Shown: positions 48,065 through 56,296, counted from the first letter of the stretch. The stretch is 64,000 bases of DNA from an uncultured Blautia sp. (GCA_934372025.1 CAKROJ010000009.1:760-64759), one strand, 5' to 3'. A program made the numbers and translations. Notes: a model not told the origin generated them from the sequence alone.

Positions 48065-50515
48065 TTATTTCACTGTCCTCAACATAAACAGTGGGGTTGG
48101 ATTATAGAATTCATCCTTTTCCAGATAAATTCTGCTGCTGATACCCAGATCCACATGAAATTCCTTCAGATTCATTGCTCCCAGTGTTTCCAGATCCCAG
48201 GCAGGACGGCTGTAAGAACTGATCGGGAGCTGACGTTTGATTTCCTCACATTCACGCATCATGTCATTTCCAAGCATATTGTGTGCATGATTTTCCGGCA
48301 GGTCCTCCACATTTGAAAAATCTGTAATTCCATAATTTGCATCAAAATTCAACAGTACCCCGCCCTTTTTGAGTACGCGAATCCATTCACGATACGCATG
48401 ACTGACATGTGGCAGCGTCCAGGTAAGATTTCTGGAAATGATCACATCAAAGGTATCGTCCGGAAATTCCGGATTTTCTGCATCCATTACCGCAAATTCA
48501 CAATCTGTTTTTTCTTCTTCTGCAAGAAGCTTCGCATTCTTGATCATATCAGGGGTCAGATCGATTCCAGTTACCTGATGACCTGCTTTTGCCAGAAGAA
48601 TCGAGAAAAATCCTGCTCCACATCCAACATCCAATATACGCATTTTTTTGTTACACGGAAGCTGCGCACAAATCTCTTTCATCCAGCGCTCAGCCATTTC
48701 ACTATGAAGTTCTGCTCTTCTTTGCTCCAGAAAACTGTCGCTTCGTTTTTCCCAGTAATTTACGATTCGTTCCTTACGTTCATCATAACGACTGACAATA
48801 CGACCATATGTCACCATCGGGCCATTTCCAAGCACCTGCAGTGTACCGGTCTGATACAGAAGTACACCGTCAAATTCAGCAACACTGACTTCTTTTACCT
48901 TACCTTCATAATCACGGACTTCTCCAAGAATCTCACCTTTCTGGATCATATCACCAACTTTTTTAAATGGATACCAGAGACCATTCTCTTCCGCATCCTG
49001 ATAACGTACATCCGCAACATCTAATGGATAATAGGTACGGAAATCTTTCAGTCCCTGATAAATTCCCATATGACACAGAATATTCCGAACATCTCTCCGG
49101 GTGGAACGAACTTCTTCATAATTCCAGTCACCCATGCCGCCACGCTCGATCAGAATACTTGGTATCCCCTGCGAAGCTGCATAATTATATGAACCACCGG
49201 AAGCTACGTTGGATTTTACCATATATGGTACATCCACCTGCTCTGCCATCTCACGGGAAATTTTTATAATATCCTCTGGTGCAGCTCCTGCGTAATATAC
49301 ATATGGAGTCAGTTTTTCATAATCATCACCACTGTGAAGATCAATGTAAAAATCTGTAACCGGCTGCAGTTCCTGAGAGATTGCCCATGCCAGACGTTCC
49401 ATCTCTGTACCGTCCGGATTTCCCGGAAATTCTCGATTAAGGTTCTTATTGTCTATCAGTCCCATACTTCCATTACGTTGTTCAAATGCCGGTCGGTTTG
49501 TGACCTTTACAATAATGATCGTACCGGTGACTTTCTCAATCTTCAGTTTCTGGGACAGTTCAATCGCAGCCTGAATTCCTACATATTCTCCCGCATGTAC
49601 ACCTGCTGTGATCAGCATGGTCTTTCCTGCGCCATGCCCATGAAATACTGTCACAGGAAATTTAAATTCTCCATTGGCCAGTTCCAGTTCTCCATTCCAT
49701 TTTTCTCCTGGTTCTGCCGTAATATTTTTCAGCTGAAAGGACTCTCTTTTTCTTCCGCTCAGAAGAAAGATCGGAGAGGAACTGTTATTAATGATTTCTT
49801 CTTCTGTCCATACTTCTTTCCATACATTTTCATCACAGGAAACATCCAGAAATCCTGTCTTTCGCATCATTTCCAGATCCCATTTCGGACGCTCCAGACG
49901 ACTCAGCGGAACCTGACGTGCAATCGCTTCCATCCTTTCAATATCCGTACCGCTGTAATAATCCTCTACATTCTGTTCTTCTGTCTGCTGACGGTCTTTC
50001 TCGTAACTAATGCGCTTCTCTTCATTATATAAATGTCCATACCAGTCCGCATCAAAGTTATAAAGAATTCCTCCCGGTTTCAGAACACGAAGCCATTCTT
50101 TATATGCAAGATCCGGCCTCGGCAGATTCCAGGTCACATTCCTCGTTACAATCGCATCAAAGCTGTTGTTTTCCACATCCAGTGCCTGTGCATCACCTGT
50201 TTTCCACACAATACACTCTGTTAATCCACCGGCATTCTGCTTTGCTTCTTTGATCATTTCCTCTGTATAGTCAACTGCCGTCACCTGATATCCTGCTTCC
50301 GCAAGCAGAATTGCAAAAAAGCCAGGACCGGTTCCTACATCCAGGATTTTAATCTCCTGTGGTTTGCGTTCCGGGAACTGATTTTCCAACAAAGTAAGAA
50401 GTTTCTCTCTCCACATCGTTCTTCTGGCATCTGCCATTTCCTGCTGGTTATATTCTGAATATCCTCTGGCGCGATTAGTCCAGTAGTCATGAATTTCATT
50501 TTTTAGATTGTTCAT
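48065..50515 (-). CDS. Tri-domain fusion protein: class I SAM methyltransferase + succinylglutamate desuccinylase/aspartoacylase (AstE/AspA, M14-like) + second class I SAM methyltransferase
   Basis: 816 aa. Residues about 1-265 have ILDVGTGPGFFAILLAEAG..NVTWNLP..WLRVLKPGGILYNFDA. Residues about 280-570 have ITAGVHAGEY..EFPGNPDGT..YIDLHSGD, the Zn ligands of the AstE/AspA family. Residues about 575-816 have ILDVGCGAGFFSILLAKAG..NLTWTLP..WIRVLKKGGVLLNFDA. Confidence 0.8.
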   Translation of the reverse strand: MNNLKNEIHDYWTNRARGYSEYNQQEMADARRTMWREKLLTLLENQFPERKPQEIKILDVGTGPGFFAILLAEAGYQVTAVDYTEEMIKEAKQNAGGLTECIVWKTGDAQALDVENNSFDAIVTRNVTWNLPRPDLAYKEWLRVLKPGGILYNFDADWYGHLYNEEKRISYEKDRQQTEEQNVEDYYSGTDIERMEAIARQVPLSRLERPKWDLEMMRKTGFLDVSCDENVWKEVWTEEEIINNSSSPIFLLSGRKRESFQLKNITAEPGEKWNGELELANGEFKFPVTVFHGHGAGKTMLITAGVHAGEYVGIQAAIELSQKLKIEKVTGTIIIVKVTNRPAFEQRNGSMGLIDNKNLNREFPGNPDGTEMERLAWAISQELQPVTDFYIDLHSGDDYEKLTPYVYYAGAAPEDIIKISREMAEQVDVPYMVKSNVASGGSYNYAASQGIPSILIERGGMGDWNYEEVRSTRRDVRNILCHMGIYQGLKDFRTYYPLDVADVRYQDAEENGLWYPFKKVGDMIQKGEILGEVRDYEGKVKEVSVAEFDGVLLYQTGTLQVLGNGPMVTYGRIVSRYDERKERIVNYWEKRSDSFLEQRRAELHSEMAERWMKEICAQLPCNKKMRILDVGCGAGFFSILLAKAGHQVTGIDLTPDMIKNAKLLAEEEKTDCEFAVMDAENPEFPDDTFDVIISRNLTWTLPHVSHAYREWIRVLKKGGVLLNFDANYGITDFSNVEDLPENHAHNMLGNDMMRECEEIKRQLPISSYSRPAWDLETLGAMNLKEFHVDLGISSRIYLEKDEFYNPTPLFMLRTVK

Positions 50516-50592
50516 AATTTATTTTCTCTCTTATTTTTAGTTATACTCTCCCAGTTTGTAACATCGTTTTATTATCGCATCCTCGCGGAGCG

Positions 50593-50640
50593 TTTTTATA
50601 TAATAAGAATATTACGGAGTAATTTCTTATTATATAAAAA
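50593..50640. repeat. Perfect 17-bp AT-rich inverted repeat
   Basis: TTTTTATATAATAAGAA (50593-50609), a 14-nt loop, then TTCTTATTATATAAAAA (50624-50640). It lies upstream of the fusion-enzyme gene. Confidence 0.85.
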
Positions 50641-50671
50641 AAATCCCCCTGTCACAAGCCTGTGGGGGGGA
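50636..50671 (-). terminator. Probable intrinsic terminator of the AEC transporter gene
   Basis: Minus strand CCCCCCCACAGGCTTGTGACAGGGGG (imperfect stem), followed by ATTTTTTTT. Confidence 0.6.
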
Positions 50672-50685
50672 TAGGATAACAAAAT

Positions 50686-51591
50686 CTACTGCAGAAATAT
50701 ACTCCACAGACAAATTGTGGGAAGTGACAGCAGCGTAGAAAATATAACCATTTTCGTCGCAAACGGTGAATCCACCTGATACTTTTCCGCCAGGATACTG
50801 GTTGTCGCGCCCGCCGGCATCGCCGCCAGAAGAACACTTAATCCAATAACCGTCTTGCTCAATGGCAGAAATCTGCAAACAATATATACTACCGCCGGAA
50901 TGATCACCAGTCTGTGAATTGTATACTTCACAACTGTCCAGTCCCAGAAATCTTTCAGATCAATATCTGCAAGGATCATACCGATAACCATCATGGACAT
51001 TGCTGTATTACAATTTCCGACAGCAGTTACTGCCCCGTCAAGTCCCATCGGAAGCTGCCATCCCGTAGCCATCATAATTATTCCAAGAACACATGCCAGG
51101 ATGCACGGATGCGTTACAACTTTTTTCATCGTTTTTATCTTATCATTCGTTCCTGAAAAAACAGCCAGCCCGGAAGACCACATCATAATCCTCTGTGGAA
51201 TCAGGTAAACACTTGCCAGCACCAGGCCTTCTGCACCGTAAATCCCCTCAGCAATCGGATTACCAAGAAAACCCGCATTTGAACAGATAGTTCCGTACTG
51301 CAGGCATTTATATCTCCCCTCCTTTTCCCCTCGGAACATAACTTTTCCATATATTACACAAAACACCTGAATACCTATAGATATCACAAGAATTTCCAGA
51401 TATTTTATAAAATTTCCATCTGCTGCGCTCTGCGTAAATGCATGTAAAATATTGCATGGCAAAATCAGATAGATAACAAGATCGTTGATGTTTTTCTGAC
51501 CCTGCGGTCCGATGATCTTTATTTTTTTCATCAAAAATCCCACCGCCACAAGAAGAAAAATCGTAAGCTGCAATGTAAGAAGAGTTTTCAT
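50686..51591 (-). CDS. AEC (auxin efflux carrier) family transporter
   Basis: 301 aa, about 9-10 TM helices. The N-terminal ..PQGQKNINDLVIYLILPCNIL and the overall layout are typical of the membrane transport protein / AEC family. Confidence 0.8.
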   Translation of the reverse strand: MKTLLTLQLTIFLLVAVGFLMKKIKIIGPQGQKNINDLVIYLILPCNILHAFTQSAADGNFIKYLEILVISIGIQVFCVIYGKVMFRGEKEGRYKCLQYGTICSNAGFLGNPIAEGIYGAEGLVLASVYLIPQRIMMWSSGLAVFSGTNDKIKTMKKVVTHPCILACVLGIIMMATGWQLPMGLDGAVTAVGNCNTAMSMMVIGMILADIDLKDFWDWTVVKYTIHRLVIIPAVVYIVCRFLPLSKTVIGLSVLLAAMPAGATTSILAEKYQVDSPFATKMVIFSTLLSLPTICLWSIFLQ

Positions 51592-51694
51592 TTTTATATG
51601 CAGGCTGCCTCGCCCGGCCTGCTTCCTTTCCTAGAATCCTATTTCACTTTAGTGTATCACATCGTAGAAGCCCTAGCAAGATGATGTCTCGGGA

Positions 51695-51716
51695 TTTTGC
51701 CATATTCATGGCAAAA
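51695..51716. promoter_or_regulatory. Palindrome TTTTGCCAT-N4-ATGGCAAAA (candidate operator)
   Basis: Perfect 9-bp arms. A near-identical palindrome lies at 53244-53265, upstream of the MATE gene. Confidence 0.35.
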
Positions 51717-51810
51717 CACCTCGCGCAATATTACCTGCGAACAGTTACTTAATATTCGATGTATTAGCTACTGTTCATTGACGCATTTCCTCATTTCCTG
51801 TAAGATAAAT

Positions 51811-51863
51811 ATGTCATGCATTGCATGACGCGCATCTCGCAGCAAGAATGCCGAGGCATTCTT
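51811..51863 (-). repeat. 53-bp double-palindrome module (copy 2, inverted)
   Basis: ATGTCATGCATTGCATGACGCGCATCTCGCAGCAAGAATGCCGAGGCATTCTT is the exact reverse complement of 30010-30062. Confidence 0.9.
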
Positions 51864-51907
51864 GAAAAATGTCGCTATTGGCGGCAAGACAAGCCCGGAG
51901 GATTACC

Positions 51908-53116
51908 ATGGAAAATTCTGTATGGGAAAAACGCCGGAAACGGCTTTTTGAACTCATCGAAATCGGCTCCAACTACGACGCCTGGTGTTGGGGCTATGAC
52001 TTTTTTAATACATTTACAATCATTCTGAATCTGGCCGTGAGTATCATGTATACCTTTGACAACATGGAGCTCAAATATGGTCCGCTCCTTCTTACTCTGG
52101 AGCGCCTGACGGTTGCTTTTTTTGCTGTTGATTTCCTGCTTCGTGTAATCACTGCCAAGTATCTGTATCCGGATATTTCAGAGCCCCGGGCAATCTGGAA
52201 GTATCTTACTTCTTTCTCCGGAATCGTCGATATGCTGTCATTTATTCCTTATTATATGCCGTTCTTTTTCCCGGCAGGTGCTGTCGCATTCCGTATGCTT
52301 CGAATCATTCGTATTTTCCGTTTGTTTCGTATCAATGCCTATTATGATTCGCTGAATGTCATTACAGAAGTCATTATCAGTAAAAAACAACAGCTACTTT
52401 CATCTGTTTTTATCATTCTGGTTCTGATGATTTCTTCCAGTCTCTGTATGTACAGTCTGGAAAACAAAGCACAGCCGGAGGTTTTTACAAACGCTTTTTC
52501 CGGCATCTGGTGGGCGGCTTCTACTCTGCTTACAGTGGGCTATGGTGATATTTATCCAGTTACTATTATGGGGAAAATTTTTGGTATTTTTATTGCTTTT
52601 CTCGGTGTTGGTATGGTTGCCATTCCCACCGGTATTATTTCTGCCGGCTTCGTTGATCAGTACTCTCGTCTGAAACGCATCGGTGAATACGGACAGGAAG
52701 AGGATATACACTTTATTCGTATTCGTCTGATGCCAGATGATGACTGGATCAATCATCGTATCGCAGATCTGCAGCTTCCTGAAAGGATCATCATCGCTGT
52801 CATTCAGCGTGAACATCGCATCCTTGTTCCGAAGGGAAACACTATTCTTCGAGCCGGAGATGTCATGGTGATCGGTGCAGAATCATTCCAGGATAAAGAT
52901 CACATTAAGCTGAAAGAGATCACTCTTCAGCATCGAAATCCATGGACCAACCGGAAAATCTGTGAACTTGATATTTCCCGTCATTCGATTATTGTTCTTG
53001 TCAAACGTAACAAAAAAATACTCATTCCAAGTGGAAATCTGACCCTGCTCGAAGGCGATACTGTCGTGCTTTATACACAAACATACCTCGCCAATGCCGA
53101 TGATCTGGAGATATAG
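51908..53116 (+). CDS. Voltage-gated-type K+ channel with two C-terminal RCK_C/TrkA_C domains
   Basis: ORF 51869..53116. The ATG at 51908 follows GGAGGA. There is an S4-like RMLRIIRIFRLFR and the selectivity filter TVGYGD, then two TrkA-C-like repeats (..ILRAGDVMVIG.., ..LLEGDTVVLY..). Confidence 0.88.
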   Translation: MENSVWEKRRKRLFELIEIGSNYDAWCWGYDFFNTFTIILNLAVSIMYTFDNMELKYGPLLLTLERLTVAFFAVDFLLRVITAKYLYPDISEPRAIWKYLTSFSGIVDMLSFIPYYMPFFFPAGAVAFRMLRIIRIFRLFRINAYYDSLNVITEVIISKKQQLLSSVFIILVLMISSSLCMYSLENKAQPEVFTNAFSGIWWAASTLLTVGYGDIYPVTIMGKIFGIFIAFLGVGMVAIPTGIISAGFVDQYSRLKRIGEYGQEEDIHFIRIRLMPDDDWINHRIADLQLPERIIIAVIQREHRILVPKGNTILRAGDVMVIGAESFQDKDHIKLKEITLQHRNPWTNRKICELDISRHSIIVLVKRNKKILIPSGNLTLLEGDTVVLYTQTYLANADDLEI

Positions 53117-53178
53117 AACAGCAGACAGGTTTCTGTTCTCTCCTTTGAAGCGAATTGAGAATTTGCTATGCAATCTTA

Positions 53179-53208
53179 TTGACGTTTTTCCGGAATCTAT
53201 GGTACAAT
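53179..53208 (+). promoter_or_regulatory. Putative promoter of the MATE gene
   Basis: TTGACG (53179-53184), 18 nt, then TGgTACAAT (53200-53208). Confidence 0.5.
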
Positions 53209-53243
53209 CTGATTACTGTTTACAGGCAGTATTCATTGAGATG

Positions 53244-53265
53244 TTTTGCCATGAATATGACAAAA
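53244..53265. promoter_or_regulatory. Palindrome TTTTGCCAT-N4-ATGACAAAA (candidate operator, second site)
   Basis: One mismatch to the site at 51695-51716. It lies about 40 nt downstream of the putative -10. Confidence 0.35.
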
Positions 53266-53329
53266 TCTCGAGACATAACACAATTTTTCCAAAACATAGT
53301 GTGGACTTTTCTGGTCTGGCCATTTTTCG

Positions 53330-53370
53330 CCACACAATTACCCTTTGCGGTAGTTGTGCGGCATTTTTTT
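53330..53370 (+). terminator. Terminator-like hairpin inside the MATE 5' leader (possible attenuator)
   Basis: CCACACAATTACC ctttgc GGTAGTTGTGCGG (with G-U pairs), followed by CATTTTTTTA. It lies about 60 nt upstream of the MATE start. Confidence 0.45.
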
Positions 53371-53427
53371 ATGTCTGTCGTACACTTTACAGCTGCTTGC
53401 AGACTGCAATTCGAAAGGAGCTTCTTA

Positions 53428-54759
53428 ATGAACGATACATTTATGAAAGAAAAGCCGGTCTTTCCGCTGATCTTATCCATGGCGATGCCAATGGTTATTT
53501 CCATGCTCGTAAATTCTCTGTACAATATTGTGGATAGTTTCTTTGTAGCACAAATCAGCGAAAACGCAATGACTGCACTGTCACTTGTTTTTCCAATACA
53601 GAATTTTGCCAACGCAACTGCAATCGGTTTTGGTATTGGTATCAGTACTCAGATAGCAATTGCGCTTGGTTCAGGCAAAAAAGAAACCGCTTCAAAAGCA
53701 GCTACTCACGGTGTAGTTTTATCTGCTCTTCATGGACTGATTCTGATGATTGGATGTATACTCATCATGCCTGGATTTCTGGCACTTTTTACTTCTGATT
53801 CAGATGTTTGTGATCTTGGAATCCGCTATTCAACAATCGTTTTTCTCTTCGCTATTGTAAATAATATCAACCTTGCTTATGAAAAAATCTTCCAGGGCGT
53901 CGGTAAAATGAAAGTTACTATGATTGGTCTGATGGTTGGATGTATTTCCAATATCATCCTCGATCCTCTGATGATTTTTGGTATCGGTCCATTCCCCGCA
54001 ATGGGAATTGAAGGGGCTGCTATTGCAACCGGACTTGGTCAGGTTTTTAACCTTGTTTTCTATCTGATCGTCTATAAAACACAGTCTCTCCAGGTCAGAT
54101 TAAGCCGGAAATATTTACATCCGGACAGGGCTCTGATCGCCAGATTATACTCTGTTGGCATTCCAGGAGCGCTGAATCTTGCGCTTCCATCTGTGCTTGT
54201 TTCTGCGCTAAACGGACTCCTGGCTGCCTACTCACAAAGCTATGTTGTGATTCTTGGAATCTACTATAAACTACAGACATTTCTGTACCTTCCAGCAAGC
54301 GGAATCGTACAGGGAATGCGTCCAGTGATTGGTTACAATTACGGCGCCGGCGAACATAATAGAGTTAAAAAAATCTACTTTGTTACACTTGGTATGAGTG
54401 GTGTAATCATGCTGATCGGAACCATCATCTGCCTGACAATTCCAGGACAGCTGATTGGAATGTTCACCACCAATCCAGCAACCATCGCTGCTGGTAAGAC
54501 AGCTCTCCGCATCATCTGCGCAGGCTTTCTTTTTTCCTCTGTATCTGTTACTGCCTGTGGCGCTCTGGAAGGACTTGGCCGCGGAGGTGCGTCACTCGTC
54601 GTTTCCCTGTGCCGCTACCTGATCCTCATCCTCCCTGCAGCATTTATCCTGAGTTACTTCCTCGGAGCTGCCGGCGTATGGCATGCCTTCTGGATTGCAG
54701 AGGTTCTCACTGCAGGAGTCTCCCTGCTACTCAGTCGAAAGATTATTCGAACCCGATAA
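53428..54759 (+). CDS. MATE-family multidrug/toxin efflux transporter
   Basis: ORF 53155..54759. The ATG at 53428 lies 7 nt after AAAGGAG and gives a 443-aa, 12-TM protein with ..PMVISMLVNSLYNIVDSFFV.. typical of MATE N-termini. Confidence 0.88.
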   Translation: MNDTFMKEKPVFPLILSMAMPMVISMLVNSLYNIVDSFFVAQISENAMTALSLVFPIQNFANATAIGFGIGISTQIAIALGSGKKETASKAATHGVVLSALHGLILMIGCILIMPGFLALFTSDSDVCDLGIRYSTIVFLFAIVNNINLAYEKIFQGVGKMKVTMIGLMVGCISNIILDPLMIFGIGPFPAMGIEGAAIATGLGQVFNLVFYLIVYKTQSLQVRLSRKYLHPDRALIARLYSVGIPGALNLALPSVLVSALNGLLAAYSQSYVVILGIYYKLQTFLYLPASGIVQGMRPVIGYNYGAGEHNRVKKIYFVTLGMSGVIMLIGTIICLTIPGQLIGMFTTNPATIAAGKTALRIICAGFLFSSVSVTACGALEGLGRGGASLVVSLCRYLILILPAAFILSYFLGAAGVWHAFWIAEVLTAGVSLLLSRKIIRTR

Positions 54760-54795
54760 AAGTTCGACAATCAGATATCTCTCTACATTACATAT

Positions 54796-54832
54796 GGAGT
54801 CAACCATTCCATCCGGTTGACTCTATTTTTTT
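54796..54832 (+). terminator. Intrinsic terminator of the MATE gene
   Basis: GGAGTCAACC attccatcc GGTTGACTC, followed by TATTTTTTT. Confidence 0.8.
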
Positions 54833-54843
54833 ATTTCCGCTTA

Positions 54844-55212
54844 TGCAGATTATAGTTTGCGATATATTTGTGACTGCATTCGCTTTTTCCTCTATTGCGG
54901 ATTATTTTTCCGCCCAAATCATTGACTGCTTTCGCTTTTTCCTCTATTGCAGATTATTTTTTTCGCCAAATTTGTGACTGCATTCACATTTTTCCTCTAT
55001 TGCAGATTATTTTTTCCGCCAAATCATTGACTGCATTCGCATCTTTCTTCTGTTGCAGATTATTTTTTCCGCCAAATTTGTGACTGCATTCACATTTTTC
55101 TTCTATTGCAGATTATTTTTTCCGCCCAAATCATTGACTGCATTCGCTTTTTCCTCTATTGCGGATTATTTTTCCGCCCAAATCATTGACTGCATTCGCT
55201 TTTTTCCTCTAT
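54844..55212 (+). repeat. Tandem array of seven 52-53-bp units
   Basis: Unit consensus: TGCAGATTATTTTTTCCGCCAAAT(TTG/CAT)TGACTGCATTC(ACA/GCT)TTTTTC(T/C)TCTAT. Units start at 54844, 54896, 54948, 55001, 55054, 55107 and 55160. Two variants roughly alternate. Confidence 0.9.
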
Positions 55213-55535
55213 TGCAGATTATTTTCCGCCGCCCTCTTCCACCGTTTATGCTTGCTGTCAACTTACAGGCAGGAGAAATCCCGTGTATGGACAGGAATAC
55301 TCGTGAGGCTTGCGTAATGAGATGCAGGCTAGTTTCCACCATCAAGCCCACTGTTTAAGCGCTAGCGAGTTTGGGCGACTGGCGGATAACAGACGTCTGC
55401 ATCGAATAGCAAACACAGCGGTATTCCACGTCCATACACGGGAACTCCCTGCCGTAAATGATGCCAACACATCCACCCCATTTCCAGATTAATATTTCCA
55501 CCGAATTTGTGACTGCATTCACATTTTTCTTCTAT
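55213..55535 (+). repeat. Composite repeat copy C1: a short unit interrupted by an about 265-bp foldback element (hairpin 55268-55453)
   Basis: The hairpin has GGCAGGAGAAATCCCGTGTATGGAC..GGAATAC on one side and GTATTCC..GTCCATACACGGGAACTCCCTGCC on the other. The loop motif CTGTTTAAGCGCTAGCGAGTT is at 55351-55371. TTCCRCC(G) occurs at both junctions. Confidence 0.88.
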
Positions 55536-55856
55536 TGCAGATTATTTTCCGTCGCCCTCTTCCACCGTTTATGCTTGCTGTCAGCTTACAGGCAGGGAAA
55601 TCCCGTGTATGGACAGGAATACTCGTGAGGCTTGCGTAATGAGATGCAGACTAGTTTCCACCATCAAGCCCACTGTTTAAGCGCTAGCGAGTTTGGGCGA
55701 CTGGTGGATAACCGACGTCTGCATCGAATAGCAAACGCAGCGGTATTCCACATCCATACACGGGAACTCCCTGACGTAAATGACACCAACACATCCACCC
55801 CATTTCCAGATTAATATTTCCACCGAATTTGTGACTGCATTCGCTTTTTCCTCTAT
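55536..55856 (+). repeat. Composite repeat copy C2 (hairpin about 55591-55775)
   Basis: Near-identical to C1, offset by 323 bp, with a few substitutions. Confidence 0.88.
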
Positions 55857-56014
55857 TGCAGATTATTTTTTCCGCCATATTTGTGACTGCATTCGCAATT
55901 ATCCTCAATTGCAGATTATTTTTTCCGCCAAATTTGTGACTGCATTCACATTTTTCTTCTATTGCAGATTATTTTTTCCGCCAAATCATTGACTACATTC
56001 ACATTTCCCTCTAT
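55857..56014 (+). repeat. Three further 52-53-bp short units
   Basis: TGCAGATTATTTTTTCCGCC.. units start at 55857, 55910 and 55963. Confidence 0.85.
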
Positions 56015-56290
56015 TACAGATTATTTTCCGTCGCCCTCTTCCACCGTTTATGCTTGCTGTCAGCTTACAAGCAGGAGAAATCCCGTGTGTGGACAGGAAT
56101 ACTCGTGAAGCTTGCGTAATGAGATGCAGGCTAGCTTCTGCCACCAAGCCCACTGTTTGAGTGCAAGCAAGTTTGGGCGACTGGTGGATAACAGACGTCT
56201 GCATCGAATAGCAAACGCAGCGATATTCCACGTCCATACACGGGAACTCTCTGCCGTAAATAGCACCAACACATCCATCCCATCAAATAT
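56015..56290 (+). repeat. Composite repeat copy C3 (hairpin about 56070-56255)
   Basis: Same structure as C1 and C2 but more diverged (apex CTGTTTGAGTGCAAGCAAGTT). It ends directly at the csoR promoter. Confidence 0.85.
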
Positions 56291-56296
56291 TTCCTC

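Noticed and set aside
53155-53427. N-terminal ~90-aa extension of the MATE ORF, as given by the ORF track (start at 53155).
   Set aside because: The extension contains the putative promoter, a palindrome and a terminator-like hairpin. The ATG at 53428 has a well-spaced AAAGGAG and yields a typical 443-aa, 12-TM MATE protein.
55376-55392. DnaA-box-like GGTGGATAA / GGCGGATAA sequences inside each long hairpin (also at about 30544, 55698 and 56178).
   Set aside because: They have one mismatch to TGTGNATAA and are always part of the paired stem of the repeat. There is no dnaA, dnaN or AT-rich unwinding context, so this is most likely coincidental.
54844-56014. Regularly spaced 52-53-bp repeats that superficially resemble a CRISPR array.
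   Set aside because: The whole 52-53-bp unit is repeated, so there are no unique spacers between conserved repeats. Unit variants simply alternate. No cas genes or leader are present in the window.
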